Below, piece after piece: positions 9,437 through 20,429 of a DNA stretch of 64,000 bases. Made by a program: the position numbers and the translations under genes. The notes below the pieces were generated by a model. The model made no database searches. It was given only the letters and a program-made list of their open reading frames with translations, and was not told where the DNA came from. The stretch is from an uncultured delta proteobacterium (GTDB lineage Bacteria > Myxococcota_A > Polyangia > Polyangiales > Polyangiaceae). The stretch covers positions 32,001-96,000 of the forward strand of contig CAWKKR010000007.1 in assembly GCA_963850305.1 (NCBI GenBank), written 5' to 3'. Every line of letters begins with the position of its first letter. Within the stretch, counting starts at the first letter, position 1.

Positions 9437-10201
9437 TCAGCCCCGGACTGCCGCGCGGACGATGGCGGCAAACGACTCCCCGTCGAGCGACGCGCCGCCG
9501 ACGAGGGCTCCGTCTACGTTGGGGCAGCCCAGGAGGGCTGGGGCGTTGTCGGGTTTCACGCTGCCTCCATAGAGCACCCGCGTCCGGTCCGCGAGCGCCT
9601 TGGATTTTCCGCGGAGTCTCTCGCGAATTGCGCGGTGTGCTTCCTCGGCCTGGTCGGGCCCCGCGACCTTGCCGGTGCCGATTGCCCACACCGGCTCGTA
9701 CGCGATGACGCCCGCCCCCGGTTCTTTTGCGAGCTCCCCGCTGAAGGCGTCGAGCTGTTGGCAGACGACGTCGAGGGTCCGGCCGGCTTCGCGCTCCGCA
9801 AGGGTCTCGCCCACGCAAACGATCGGGCGAAGGTGCGCCAGCAGAGCTGCGATGACCTTCTCACGCACGGAGACATCGTTTTCACCAAAGAGCTGCCGCC
9901 GCTCGCTGTGACCGATGATGACCCAGCGACAGCCAGCTTCGACGAGCATGCCGGCGCTGATCTCGCCAGTGAACGCGCCCTCGTGCTTGGCATGGAGATT
10001 CTGAGCGGCGACATCGACGCGGCTGCCCTCGGTCTCGTGCGAAATGGCGGCGAGTGCGGTGAACGGGGGTGCGACGACGATCTCGACGCCCGCCATGTCG
10101 TGCGTGAGCACGGCTATGTCGTGCGCGAGGCGAATGCCGTCCGCACCGCCGCGATACATCTTCCAGTTGCCCGCGATGAGGGGCGTTCGCGAGGCATCCA
10201 T
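9437..10201 (-). CDS. tpiA: Triosephosphate isomerase
   Basis: AGNWKM, GHSERR, AYEPVWAIGTG, LVGGASL. Confidence 0.98.
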   Translation of the reverse strand: MDASRTPLIAGNWKMYRGGADGIRLAHDIAVLTHDMAGVEIVVAPPFTALAAISHETEGSRVDVAAQNLHAKHEGAFTGEISAGMLVEAGCRWVIIGHSERRQLFGENDVSVREKVIAALLAHLRPIVCVGETLAEREAGRTLDVVCQQLDAFSGELAKEPGAGVIAYEPVWAIGTGKVAGPDQAEEAHRAIRERLRGKSKALADRTRVLYGGSVKPDNAPALLGCPNVDGALVGGASLDGESFAAIVRAAVRG

Positions 10202-10204
10202 GAT

Positions 10205-11410
10205 TCAGCTCGCGACGCGCAGCGCTTCCACGCCGGGCAGTTTCTTGCCTTCGATGAGCTCGAGGGCCGCTCCACCGCCCGTCGAGATGAAGCCGATCTT
10301 CGTTTTGATGTCGTCGCCCGCGGCGCGAATCGCCGCGGCGCTGTCACCGCCGCCCACGACGCTGAAGGCTGCGGACGTGCTGAGCGCCCTGGCTATCGCG
10401 AACGTCCCTTCGGCGAAGGCGGCGTTCTCGAAGAGCCCCATCGGGCCATTCCAGAATACGGTCTTCGCCGCTGCGATCCGGCTCGCAAAGCGCTCCGCCG
10501 TCTGCCTTCCGATGTCGAGGGCCATCTCGCCGTCCGTCAGGAGATCGATCTCCCTGCGCCGGCCGCTCGTCGCGTCGATGTCCGTCGCCGTGACGACGTC
10601 GACCGGCAAGAGCACGTCCACGCCCTTGTCTTTCGCCTTCTCGAGGAGCGTCCGCGAAAGCGACAGCTTGTCCTTCTCCACGCGCGACGCCCTGAGATCC
10701 TTGCCTTGCGCGGCAAGGAGCGTGTTCGCCATCGCGCCGCCGATGCAGAGCGTGTCGCAGCGGTCGAGAAGCGCTTCGATGACGGGGATCTTGTCGCTGA
10801 CCTTGGCCCCGCCCAGTACGACGACGAAGGGCCGCTCGGGCGAATCCGCGATCCTGCTCAGGGACGTCAGCTCGTCCCTGAGCAGGAATCCCATTGCGCG
10901 CTCGCGCTTCAGGAGCGGAAGCGCGTGCACGGAGGCGTGAGCGCGATGGGCAGCGCCGAACGCGTCGTTCACGTACACGTCGCAGAGGTCGGCGAGCTCC
11001 CGCGCGAAGGCTTCGTCGTCCGCTTGTTCCTCGGCGTGGAAGCGCAGATTTTCGAGCAGGACGACCTGATTCTTCCTCACGTCCGCCACCACCTTGCGCG
11101 CGGCGTCGCCGAGACAATCGTCGGGCAGCAGGACCTCGTACCCCGTGAGTTCCGAGAGACGCGCGCCGCACGGTTCGAGGCTGTACCTGGCCTCGGGCTT
11201 CCCCTTCGGGCGCCCGAGGTGCGACGCGAGAATGACCTTCGCGCCGGCGTTCATCGCGTGCGCGATCGTCGGCAGGGTGCGAACGATCCGTTCGTCGTCC
11301 GTGATCTTGCCGGCGTCGTCCAGCGGCACGTTGAAATCGACGCGGATCAAGACTCGCTTTCCTTCGAGGGAAAGTTCGTCGATGCGGCGAATGCCGTCGA
11401 GCGAGAGCAT
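10205..11410 (-). CDS. pgk: Phosphoglycerate kinase
   Basis: RVDFNVP, SHLGRP, LLENLRF, GGAKVSDK, STGGGA. Confidence 0.98.
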   Translation of the reverse strand: MLSLDGIRRIDELSLEGKRVLIRVDFNVPLDDAGKITDDERIVRTLPTIAHAMNAGAKVILASHLGRPKGKPEARYSLEPCGARLSELTGYEVLLPDDCLGDAARKVVADVRKNQVVLLENLRFHAEEQADDEAFARELADLCDVYVNDAFGAAHRAHASVHALPLLKRERAMGFLLRDELTSLSRIADSPERPFVVVLGGAKVSDKIPVIEALLDRCDTLCIGGAMANTLLAAQGKDLRASRVEKDKLSLSRTLLEKAKDKGVDVLLPVDVVTATDIDATSGRRREIDLLTDGEMALDIGRQTAERFASRIAAAKTVFWNGPMGLFENAAFAEGTFAIARALSTSAAFSVVGGGDSAAAIRAAGDDIKTKIGFISTGGGAALELIEGKKLPGVEALRVAS

Positions 11411-11413
11411 CGC

Positions 11414-12442
<1,029 letters not shown>

Positions 12443-12623
12443 TCACTCCTCGTAGCGCACGAGTCCCCGTTCGAGACTCACCTCCGGGCGTTTCCGGCTC
12501 GCGCGGATCTTTCGCGTCGAGGTGCCCGTCGGCGGCGGGACCGTAGCGTCGAGATCCCCCTTGGTCAAGAGAGCTGGACGCGCGAATCCCGGGAGTTTCA
12601 CGCGGTGCGGCGTGGGCGTCCGC

Positions 12624-13472
12624 TCAGTCTGGAAGCCCGAACGCGCGCGCCAGATCCCCGACGACCTCGCCGATATCACGTGGCCCACTCAGAAACGCGG
12701 TTCCGACGAGCGCAGCGTCGTAGCCCGCGTTCCGCGCTGCCGCGAGCTCCTCGGCCCGATGGATTCCACTTTCGGCGACGGCCAGCTTCCCGGCGGGCAC
12801 GAGCTTCCGGAATTCTCGGTGCTGCCGCACGTCGGTCGGAAGATCGTGTCGCTCGCCGGGGCGGAGTTCCGCGGGCCCGGTCGTCGCGAATTGCCTCGCG
12901 TTGACGCCCCAGATACGCGCCTCGGGCGGAACGACGGCCACGAGATCTTCGATGCGCCGCTCGGTCATTCCGAGCTCGACGAGGACGTCCAGGTCGAGCG
13001 AGCGCGCGAGCGCGTAGAGGCGCCGCATCGTCTCTGGCTCCGCGGCCAGGACCGACGCCATCAGGAGGATCGCGTCTGCGCCGAACGCGCGGGCCTCGAC
13101 CACCTGATAGTCGGTCACGATGAAGTCCTTGCGCAGGACGGGCTTTTTCACGAGCGTGCGTGCGGCGGAAAGGTCCGCGAGCTTGCCGTCGAAATAATCC
13201 TCGTCGGTCAGCACACTCACGGCGACGACCCACGGCGTCTCTGCGTAGGTCGCGTAGGCCCGAGCGACGTTCTCCGGGCGCGACGCGCCTCCGCTCGGCG
13301 ACCGCCGCTTGTGTTCTGCGATCACGCCGAAGCCGTTCGAGAGCGCGTCGTGAAACGATCTCACGGGAGGTGCGTCGGCGATGCGCGCGCGCACCTCGGC
13401 GAGCGGTAGCGCGGCCTCCCGCTCGGCGACACGCCGTCGCGTGTTCCCCACGATCGCGGACAGAACCGACAT
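12624..13472 (-). CDS. trpC: Indole-3-glycerol phosphate synthase
   Basis: IAEHKRRSPSGG, SVLTDEDYF, LRKDFI, GVNAR, AESGI. Confidence 0.9.
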   Translation of the reverse strand: MSVLSAIVGNTRRRVAEREAALPLAEVRARIADAPPVRSFHDALSNGFGVIAEHKRRSPSGGASRPENVARAYATYAETPWVVAVSVLTDEDYFDGKLADLSAARTLVKKPVLRKDFIVTDYQVVEARAFGADAILLMASVLAAEPETMRRLYALARSLDLDVLVELGMTERRIEDLVAVVPPEARIWGVNARQFATTGPAELRPGERHDLPTDVRQHREFRKLVPAGKLAVAESGIHRAEELAAARNAGYDAALVGTAFLSGPRDIGEVVGDLARAFGLPD

Positions 13473-15324
13473 CAGGAGGTCGCGATGTTTCCCGGAACCT
13501 GCAGAGCGAGCCGTGTTCTCAGGATCTCGAACATCTTGAACGGCTTCTCCTTGCCCTTCAGGTGAGCTGGCGGCAGCTCCTTGTATTCGAAGCGGCGCCG
13601 AGCCGCGCGAGCGTCGGCTCGCTCACGATGATCTGTCCACCGCTCGCGACCCCGCAGAGCCGCGCGCTCGTGTTCGCGGTGTCGCCGATGACGGTGTACG
13701 AGAGCGCCTTCGAGCTGCCGATGTAGCCGGCGACGAGCGGGCCGGTGTGGATGCCGATGCCGATGGCGAGCGGTTCCCCGTCTCGCCTGCAGGCGATCCT
13801 TGTTGAACTTGCCGAGCTGCTCCATCTGTCGAGGGCACAGCACACACAGCGGATCGGGTCGTCGTCCGCGCGGAACCGGCGCGCCCCAGAGGGCCATGAT
13901 GCCGTCGCCCATGAACTTGTCGAGCGTGCCCTCGTACTTGAAGATCGTCTCGACCATCTGCTCGAAGTAGTCGTTGAGGATCTCGACGAGGTGCGCCGGA
14001 TCCGCGCTCTCGCTCATGCGCGGTGAAGCCGCGGATGTCGCTGTTGAAGACGGTGCACTCCTCGACGAGCTGACCGCCGCGCTTCACCTCGAGCTCGCCC
14101 GAGATCACGCGCTCGGCGACGTTCGGCGAGAGGAGCCGGCTGAAGCGCTCGCGCTTGACGATCTCCTGCTCGATCTTCTTGCCGAGGATGTTGATCTCGA
14201 TGAACATCGCGGCTTGGTTGGCGATGGCGCGTGACCATCTCGAGATCCTTCTGCTGGAACTGGGCGAGCGTCTCGGAGTCGAGCCAGAGGACGCCGAGCA
14301 CGTCGTCGTCGTGAAGCAGCGGCGCGACGATGGCGGAGCTGATCCGGTTCAGGATCATGCTCTTGCCCTTCGAGGCGGCGAAATCCATCGCGGCGTCGTG
14401 CGTGAGCACGGTCGCGCGCTCCTTGATCACGTGGTTCAGGATCGTCGAGCTGACGTTGATCGGCGCGCCGGTGCCGTCGCGCCGTAGGCTCGCGCCCGGG
14501 ATCAGGTCGTCCTTCTCCTTCAGGAAGATGACGCCGCGATCGGCGCGGACGAACTTGAAGACGCTGATCAGGATCTTGTTGAGGAGCGACGGCAAGTCGC
14601 GCTCGAGGCCGATCTCGCGCGACAGCTCGTGCGAGAGGCGCAGGCGCTCGTAGTCTGCGACGAGCTGCTGGGTGTTCGTCGATAGCTGGTCGTACGGGAG
14701 GAAGCCCTTTTGCGTCGCGGCGATCTGCGTGCCGATCGCGCGGCTCGTGTCGTTGACGTCGATGCGCGTCGAACCGAGATTGGGGCGCGGCGCCGACACC
14801 GGAGCTCCCGGGATGAACGGCGCGGCGATGGGTGCGAAGCCCGCAGGTTGTGGTGAGAACCCTCCGGCCGCTGGTGCGAGGACGGCACCCATCGCGGCGG
14901 GGCTCCTGGCGACGCCCGACACTGGTCCGTGCGGAGACTCGACGGCGGGTAGAGGCGCACGCGCCGTCGCGGGGGCCGAAGGGATCACCGGCTGCGGCAG
15001 CGCGTGGGCCGCCGGAGCAGGAAGGACCGGCGCGGATTGCGGAACGTCCTCGAGACGCGCGCGCGTCGACCCGAGGGCAATGTCATCGCCGTGCTTGAGT
15101 GGTCGTTCGCCGACCACCCGCTCGCCGTTCACATACGTGCCGTTCAGGCTCCCGAGGTCTTTGAGAACGAACTGCGTGCCACGTCGCTCGATGACGCAGT
15201 GCTCCTTCGAGACGATCTTGTCGAGAAGCTGAATCGAGTTGGTCGGATGACGGCCGAGCGTGTTGTGCACGGCGAGATCGACGACCTGTTGGCCTTCCGG
15301 GGTCGTTAGCAGCAACCGGGCCAT
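13472..15324 (-). pseudogene. FHA-GAF-adenylate/guanylate cyclase broken by about five frameshifts (pseudogene or assembly error)
   Basis: FHA (LGRH..VSKEH..DLGSLNGT), GAF, cyclase motifs SDIRGFT / DKFMGDGIM / GIGIHTG / YTVIGDTANTSARL spread over three frames. Confidence 0.85.
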
Positions 15325-15422
15325 CGGGACCGAAGGCTACCGTCCGCGCAGCGCGACGACAAGCGAACATGGAATGTCGCGACCGATCTTCTTCGGGTTT
15401 GCTACGCTGCCTCGGGCAGATC

Positions 15423-16943
15423 ATGGCGCGGCACATCCTCGCGATCGATCAGGGGACGACGGGTTCGACCGCCCTGGTCATGTCGCTCGAGGGCGCGACG
15501 CTCGGTCGGGACAATCGCGAGTTCCGCCAGCACTTCCCGGCACCGGGCCACGTCGAGCACGACGCGGACGAGATCTGGGCGAGCGTCGAAGAAGCGGTGT
15601 CGGGAGCTCTCCGCGCGGCGGGTGTTCGCGGCACCGACATTGCCGCCATCGGAATCACGAACCAACGCGAAACCACTCTCGTCTGGGACCGTAAGTCGGA
15701 ACGGCCGATCCACCGCGCGATCGTCTGGCAGGATCGAAGGACGGCCGAAGCGTGCTCGGGTCTGCGGAGCCAAGGGTACGAAGGCCGTGTCCGTGACCGC
15801 ACCGGGCTCGTCCTCGACCCCTACTTTTCGGCGACCAAGATCGCGTGGTTGCTGGACGCCGTCGAAGGCGCTCGTGGTCGGGCCGAGCGAGGCGAGCTCG
15901 CATTCGGCACGATCGACTCCTTCTTGATCGCGAAGCTTGCTGGAGGGACGGCGGCTGCGGCCCCGCACGTCACCGACGTGACCAACGCTTCGCGCACGCT
16001 ACTGATGGACATACGGAAGCTACGCTGGGATAGAGAGCTCTGCGAGCTCTTTCGCGTTCCTGTCGCGGTTCTGCCCAGGATAGTGGACAGCTCGGGGCGA
16101 ATTGCCGAGACCCGCGGGCTCGGGATGCTGCCGGACGGCATCCCGATCGCCGGCATCGCTGGCGATCAACAGGCAGCGCTCTTCGGTCAGGCGTGCCACG
16201 CCGCCGGCGACGTGAAGTGCACGTACGGCACCGGCGCTTTCGTCGTCATGAACACCGGGACCGAGATCGTACGAAGCCGGTCGGGTCTCCTCGCGACCGT
16301 GGGATGGAAGATCGGAGATCAGGTCGTTTACGCCCTCGAGGGCAGCTGTTTCGTGGCCGGCGCGGCGGTCCAGTGGCTCCGCGACGGGCTCGGTCTCATC
16401 GGTTCCGCCGCCGAGGTCGAGGCGCTCGCCAGCCAGGTATCATCGAGCGACGGGGTGGTCTTCGTGCCCGCCCTGTCGGGTCTCGGGGCACCGTACTGGG
16501 ATCCCGACGCACGCGGCCTCATCACCGGAATCACTCGGGGGACGACGCGCGCACATCTGGCGCGGGCGACGCTCGAGGCGATCGGGCATCAGGTCGACGA
16601 CCTGGTCCTGGCAATGAAGGCCGATCTCGGAGAGGGTATCGGGGCATCCCTTTCTCGGATGCGGGTTGACGGCGGAGCCGCCGCGAACGATGTTCTGATG
16701 CAATATCAGAGTGATCTATCCGACTTGATCGTGGAGCGGCCCACGGAGCTCGAGTCGACCGCGCGCGGTGCAGCAATGCTCGCCGGGCTCGGAATCGGGC
16801 TTTTCAAGAGCGGCGCGGAAGCGTCCCAGATGACAAAAATCCAAAGAAGATTCGAACCCGCCATGTCCGAGGAAGCGCGACGAGCGAGGCACGCGGCGTG
16901 GAACGCCGCGGTGTCGCGCGCGAAGACCCGTGCTTCCGGATGA
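15423..16943 (+). CDS. glpK: Glycerol kinase
   Basis: IDQGTTGS, GITNQRET, WQDRR, DPYFSATK, GDQQAALFGQ, GLGAPYWD. Confidence 0.97.
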   Translation: MARHILAIDQGTTGSTALVMSLEGATLGRDNREFRQHFPAPGHVEHDADEIWASVEEAVSGALRAAGVRGTDIAAIGITNQRETTLVWDRKSERPIHRAIVWQDRRTAEACSGLRSQGYEGRVRDRTGLVLDPYFSATKIAWLLDAVEGARGRAERGELAFGTIDSFLIAKLAGGTAAAAPHVTDVTNASRTLLMDIRKLRWDRELCELFRVPVAVLPRIVDSSGRIAETRGLGMLPDGIPIAGIAGDQQAALFGQACHAAGDVKCTYGTGAFVVMNTGTEIVRSRSGLLATVGWKIGDQVVYALEGSCFVAGAAVQWLRDGLGLIGSAAEVEALASQVSSSDGVVFVPALSGLGAPYWDPDARGLITGITRGTTRAHLARATLEAIGHQVDDLVLAMKADLGEGIGASLSRMRVDGGAAANDVLMQYQSDLSDLIVERPTELESTARGAAMLAGLGIGLFKSGAEASQMTKIQRRFEPAMSEEARRARHAAWNAAVSRAKTRASG

Positions 16944-16964
16944 GGCGCGAGGAGCGAGACGACC

Positions 16965-17738
16965 ATGACTAACGGTGACAAGGGAAGCGGCGCGACCGCA
17001 TCTCCCGCGATTCGCGACGTCCCCGTGGACTGGGAAGCGCTCGAGGACGCGTTCGAAAACAACGCGCCCGAGGTGCACAGTTATCTGCACCTCGGGACGG
17101 GGGAAGTTCTGCGCGTCGTGGACGGCATCGCCGATCCGGAGATGCACGCCCGCATCGCCGCGGACCCGAGCTACCTGCGCGTGGACCCCGTCAGTTCTCG
17201 CGAACAATACCGATGGATGGAGCGCTTCATCCTCATGCTCGAGGAGGGGGAGCTGCGGGATAATCTGACCACCGCCATCGACGGAAAGGGCGCCTTTCGC
17301 CGATTCAAGGACGTCTTGATGGCGCACGGGCCAGAGCGCGAGCGCTGGTTCGCTTTTCGCAGCGAGAGGCTTCGCGTCTTCATGGAAGCCTGGCTCGGCG
17401 CCCACGCGCTGCGGCCCGTGCTTCGCCCCGTGTGGCCCGCGCCGACCGCGGAACGTCCCGTATCGTCGGCCAGCGGGGCCCCGGCTCCCGAGGCGCCCCC
17501 GAGCGACGCCGCCGCGCTGCGCGTCGGCAGCTCGGAAGCGCTGCGGCGGCATCTCCAGGACATCGCGGACACCCTCGGCCTCCGCGATCTGGAGAAAGTC
17601 ACGGCGTTCGCCGAGTTCGTGAAGTCCCGCCGGGCGGCGCGCGCATTCGCGCGGCGCCGAGATCAGCTGGACGCCGACTCCGACGGTCGCTCCGACCCCG
17701 GTGACGATCCGGACAGCGAGCGCCCGTCGAGAGGCTGA
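16965..17738 (+). CDS. UPF0158 family protein
   Basis: YLHLGTGEV, YRWMERF, AIDGKGAFRRFKDVL, ERWFAFR. Confidence 0.85.
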   Translation: MTNGDKGSGATASPAIRDVPVDWEALEDAFENNAPEVHSYLHLGTGEVLRVVDGIADPEMHARIAADPSYLRVDPVSSREQYRWMERFILMLEEGELRDNLTTAIDGKGAFRRFKDVLMAHGPERERWFAFRSERLRVFMEAWLGAHALRPVLRPVWPAPTAERPVSSASGAPAPEAPPSDAAALRVGSSEALRRHLQDIADTLGLRDLEKVTAFAEFVKSRRAARAFARRRDQLDADSDGRSDPGDDPDSERPSRG

Positions 17739-17744
17739 GCCGAG

Positions 17745-18434
17745 ATGGCCGAGCGGCGGCGGCTCGCCCGACGGACGGCGCTCGGTGCGATCGTCGTCCT
17801 GACGGCGCTTTCGGCACGCCGCGCCGAGGCGGCACCCGTGCTCGTCGATCGCGCGGTCGTCCGCTTCGTCACGCGGGAGACCGGCGGCAGCGCCGCGCCA
17901 CGCTTCATCTTCGAGCGTGAGCTCGCGTTCGAGGCGCGCATCGAGTCCCTTGCGGAAGGGGCCACCGATTCGACCGAGCCTTTTCGCTCGCGCCACGTGC
18001 GAGCCGCGCTCGAGCGGCACATTGCCGAAACAGTGCTCGAGAGCCTCGGCATCGATCCGGCGCCGACGGAGCCCGTCGTGGCGGCGCGCATGGATCAGGC
18101 GCGGCTCGCGCTACTCGAGCGCGTCGGCGGAGTCGTCCCGCTCACCGAAGCCGCGCATGCCGAGGGGATAGGTGACAGCGAGCTGTTGCGACTATTGCGG
18201 CGTCAGGCCCTCGCGAGCCTGTACCTGGATCGAATGGTCGCGCCCATGCTCAACCCGACCGAGCCCGAGCTCCGCGCGATTCACCGGACCCAGCGCACGC
18301 CGTTCTCGGGAAAGCCGTTCGTAGAGGTCGAGCCGGCGCTGCGCCGCTGGTACGTCGAGAGCCGGCTCGGAACAGCGCTCGCCGCGTACTACGACGGTCT
18401 GCGGACGCGTCTCACCGTGGTGATCCTTCGGTAA
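17745..18434 (+). CDS. Secreted hypothetical protein, SurA N-terminal-like
   Basis: Signal peptide followed by VLVDRAVVR; helical body. Confidence 0.6.
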   Translation: MAERRRLARRTALGAIVVLTALSARRAEAAPVLVDRAVVRFVTRETGGSAAPRFIFERELAFEARIESLAEGATDSTEPFRSRHVRAALERHIAETVLESLGIDPAPTEPVVAARMDQARLALLERVGGVVPLTEAAHAEGIGDSELLRLLRRQALASLYLDRMVAPMLNPTEPELRAIHRTQRTPFSGKPFVEVEPALRRWYVESRLGTALAAYYDGLRTRLTVVILR

Positions 18435-18496
18435 GTGCCGGCGGCCGAGGCTCGCCAAACTTTTCCCTGTTCGGGCCGTCGAGCCAAGATCGCGTC

Positions 18497-20419
18497 GTGG
18501 CCACCTTTCTCGGCAAGGCGTTCGCTGGTCCTCGGGCGCGCACTCGGAAGACTCACACGAGGCCCGCGCCTCGTCCGGCGCCCGCGTCGTTTCCCGTCGG
18601 GCTTGCCGTGGGACTATGCGCGCTACTCGCCAATCTCCCCGCGGCGGCGCAGGCGTCGCTGAATCAGCTTTACCCGGACAAGTTCGACCTCAACGTGTTC
18701 GAGCCCGCTCCGGCCGGCGATCGCTTCTTCGGCGTGGCCGACGCGTCGAGCATGACGGATTGCAAAGTCCGCCTGGGCCTCGTCGGAGACTACACGCTCT
18801 TCCGTCCGCCACTCGAACGCACGGACGAGTCGACCGGCGGCTCGGTGAACATCGTCTCGCACGAGCTCAACCTGCACGCGGGCGTTGCGTTCCCGATCAC
18901 GGACTTCTTGCATGCGAACGCGGACATTCCCTTCGTCGCATCCCAGACGGGCGATGCGGCGGAGACGCCCAAGGGCGGTGTGTTCGGCGACCCGCGTGTC
19001 GGCCTGCGCGCCAATCTCGTCGACCCCGACATCGAGGCCGTCGCGTTCGGCCCCGCCGTGGACGTCTGGGTGCCGGTGGGCAGTAAAGACAACCTCGCGG
19101 GGGATGAATCGGCGCGGGTCGACGCGAGGCTCGGCGTTTCGGGTCGCGCGGGAGTGTTCATCTATTCCGCCAATGGCGGCTATCTCTTCAGGAAGAAGAT
19201 CGATACCGGCTCGCTCGAATACGGCCCGGGTTTCACGTTTCAGGCCGCCGTCGGACTCTCACTGTTCGACGACGCGCTGCAAATCGGACCCGAGATCTGG
19301 GGCGCTCACCAGAGGAACCCGGACTACGACGATTCCAAAGTCACGCCGATCTCCGCGCTCTTCGGCGCGAAGGTTCGCGCTGGCGACTTCGTGGGTGGGA
19401 TCGCGGGCGGTCCGGGGCTCTCCGCGGCGCCCGGCGTTGCCCCGCGTCTCGTCGTGAGTCTGGCACTCGCTCCGGACACCCATGTCGAAGAGGCGCCGGT
19501 CGCGCCGGTGTCCGTGAGCGGACCGCGTGACGGCGACCACGACGGCGTCCCCGACGCGAGGGACGCGTGTCCTGACGTGGCCGGAGTCGAATCGAGCGAT
19601 GCGTCGAGGAACGGGTGCCCGTCGGAGGCCGCGCCGGAAAAACTCGCCGCGGCGCCAGCCGACAGCGACGGCGACGGTATTCCCGACTCGGACGATGCCT
19701 GTCCCGACAAGCTCGGCGATCACACCGACGACCCGAAGACGAACGGCTGCCCGAAACCCCGCATCGCCGACGCCGACGGCGACGGCGTGCGCGACGAGAT
19801 CGATGCGTGCCCCGACCAGAAGGGCGTGGCGACGTCGGACCCGAAGACGAATGGTTGTCCGCCGAAGATCGCCGACGCCGACGGCGATGGCGTCCTGGAC
19901 AAGGACGACGCGTGCCCTCACGACGCCGGCGCCGCATCCTCGGACCCGAAGATGAACGGCTGCCCGAAGTCCGTGAATGTCGCGGAGTCCTCCGGCGCCA
20001 ACGCGAACGCACACGCGGCGATCACCTATGCCGGCTTCCAGATGTTCGACGACGGCACGTCGCGGGTTTACGTCCAGCTCACGGAGCCCGTCGCCGTCGA
20101 GGAGACGCTGAAGGGTGCGACGGCCGAGTATCGGCTCGTCGGCGCCACCATCCCCGCCAGGAACAACGAGAACCCGCTCCTCGCCGAGCACTTCGCGGCC
20201 GAGGTTCGAAGCGCGCGTCTTCTGCCCGAGGGCAAGCGAAAGGGAAGGGGCAAGAAGAAGCGAGGCGGTTCCGCGCGACTCGTCGTCGAGATGCGCGAGG
20301 CCGCGCACCCCGAGCATCGCATGATCCAGAACGCCGACGGAACCGCTACCCTCGTCGTCGACTTCCCGAAACCGATGAAGCCCGTCCCACCGGAACCGGA
20401 CTCCACGCCGCCGAAGTGA
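18497..20419 (+). CDS. Outer-membrane barrel + thrombospondin type-3 repeats + C-terminal AMIN-like domain (TraB/OmpA-like architecture without OmpA domain)
   Basis: Signal peptide, beta-strand region (GDPRVGLR), four DxDGDGxxDxxDACP..NGCP repeats, C-terminal GFQMFDDGTSRVYVQL..RNNENPL..RLVVEMR. Confidence 0.75.
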   Translation: MATFLGKAFAGPRARTRKTHTRPAPRPAPASFPVGLAVGLCALLANLPAAAQASLNQLYPDKFDLNVFEPAPAGDRFFGVADASSMTDCKVRLGLVGDYTLFRPPLERTDESTGGSVNIVSHELNLHAGVAFPITDFLHANADIPFVASQTGDAAETPKGGVFGDPRVGLRANLVDPDIEAVAFGPAVDVWVPVGSKDNLAGDESARVDARLGVSGRAGVFIYSANGGYLFRKKIDTGSLEYGPGFTFQAAVGLSLFDDALQIGPEIWGAHQRNPDYDDSKVTPISALFGAKVRAGDFVGGIAGGPGLSAAPGVAPRLVVSLALAPDTHVEEAPVAPVSVSGPRDGDHDGVPDARDACPDVAGVESSDASRNGCPSEAAPEKLAAAPADSDGDGIPDSDDACPDKLGDHTDDPKTNGCPKPRIADADGDGVRDEIDACPDQKGVATSDPKTNGCPPKIADADGDGVLDKDDACPHDAGAASSDPKMNGCPKSVNVAESSGANANAHAAITYAGFQMFDDGTSRVYVQLTEPVAVEETLKGATAEYRLVGATIPARNNENPLLAEHFAAEVRSARLLPEGKRKGRGKKKRGGSARLVVEMREAAHPEHRMIQNADGTATLVVDFPKPMKPVPPEPDSTPPK

Positions 20420-20429
20420 CGGCCTCGAA

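Noticed and set aside
19527..19970. Nucleotide repeats as a non-coding array
   Set aside because: Fully explained by coding TSP3 repeats.
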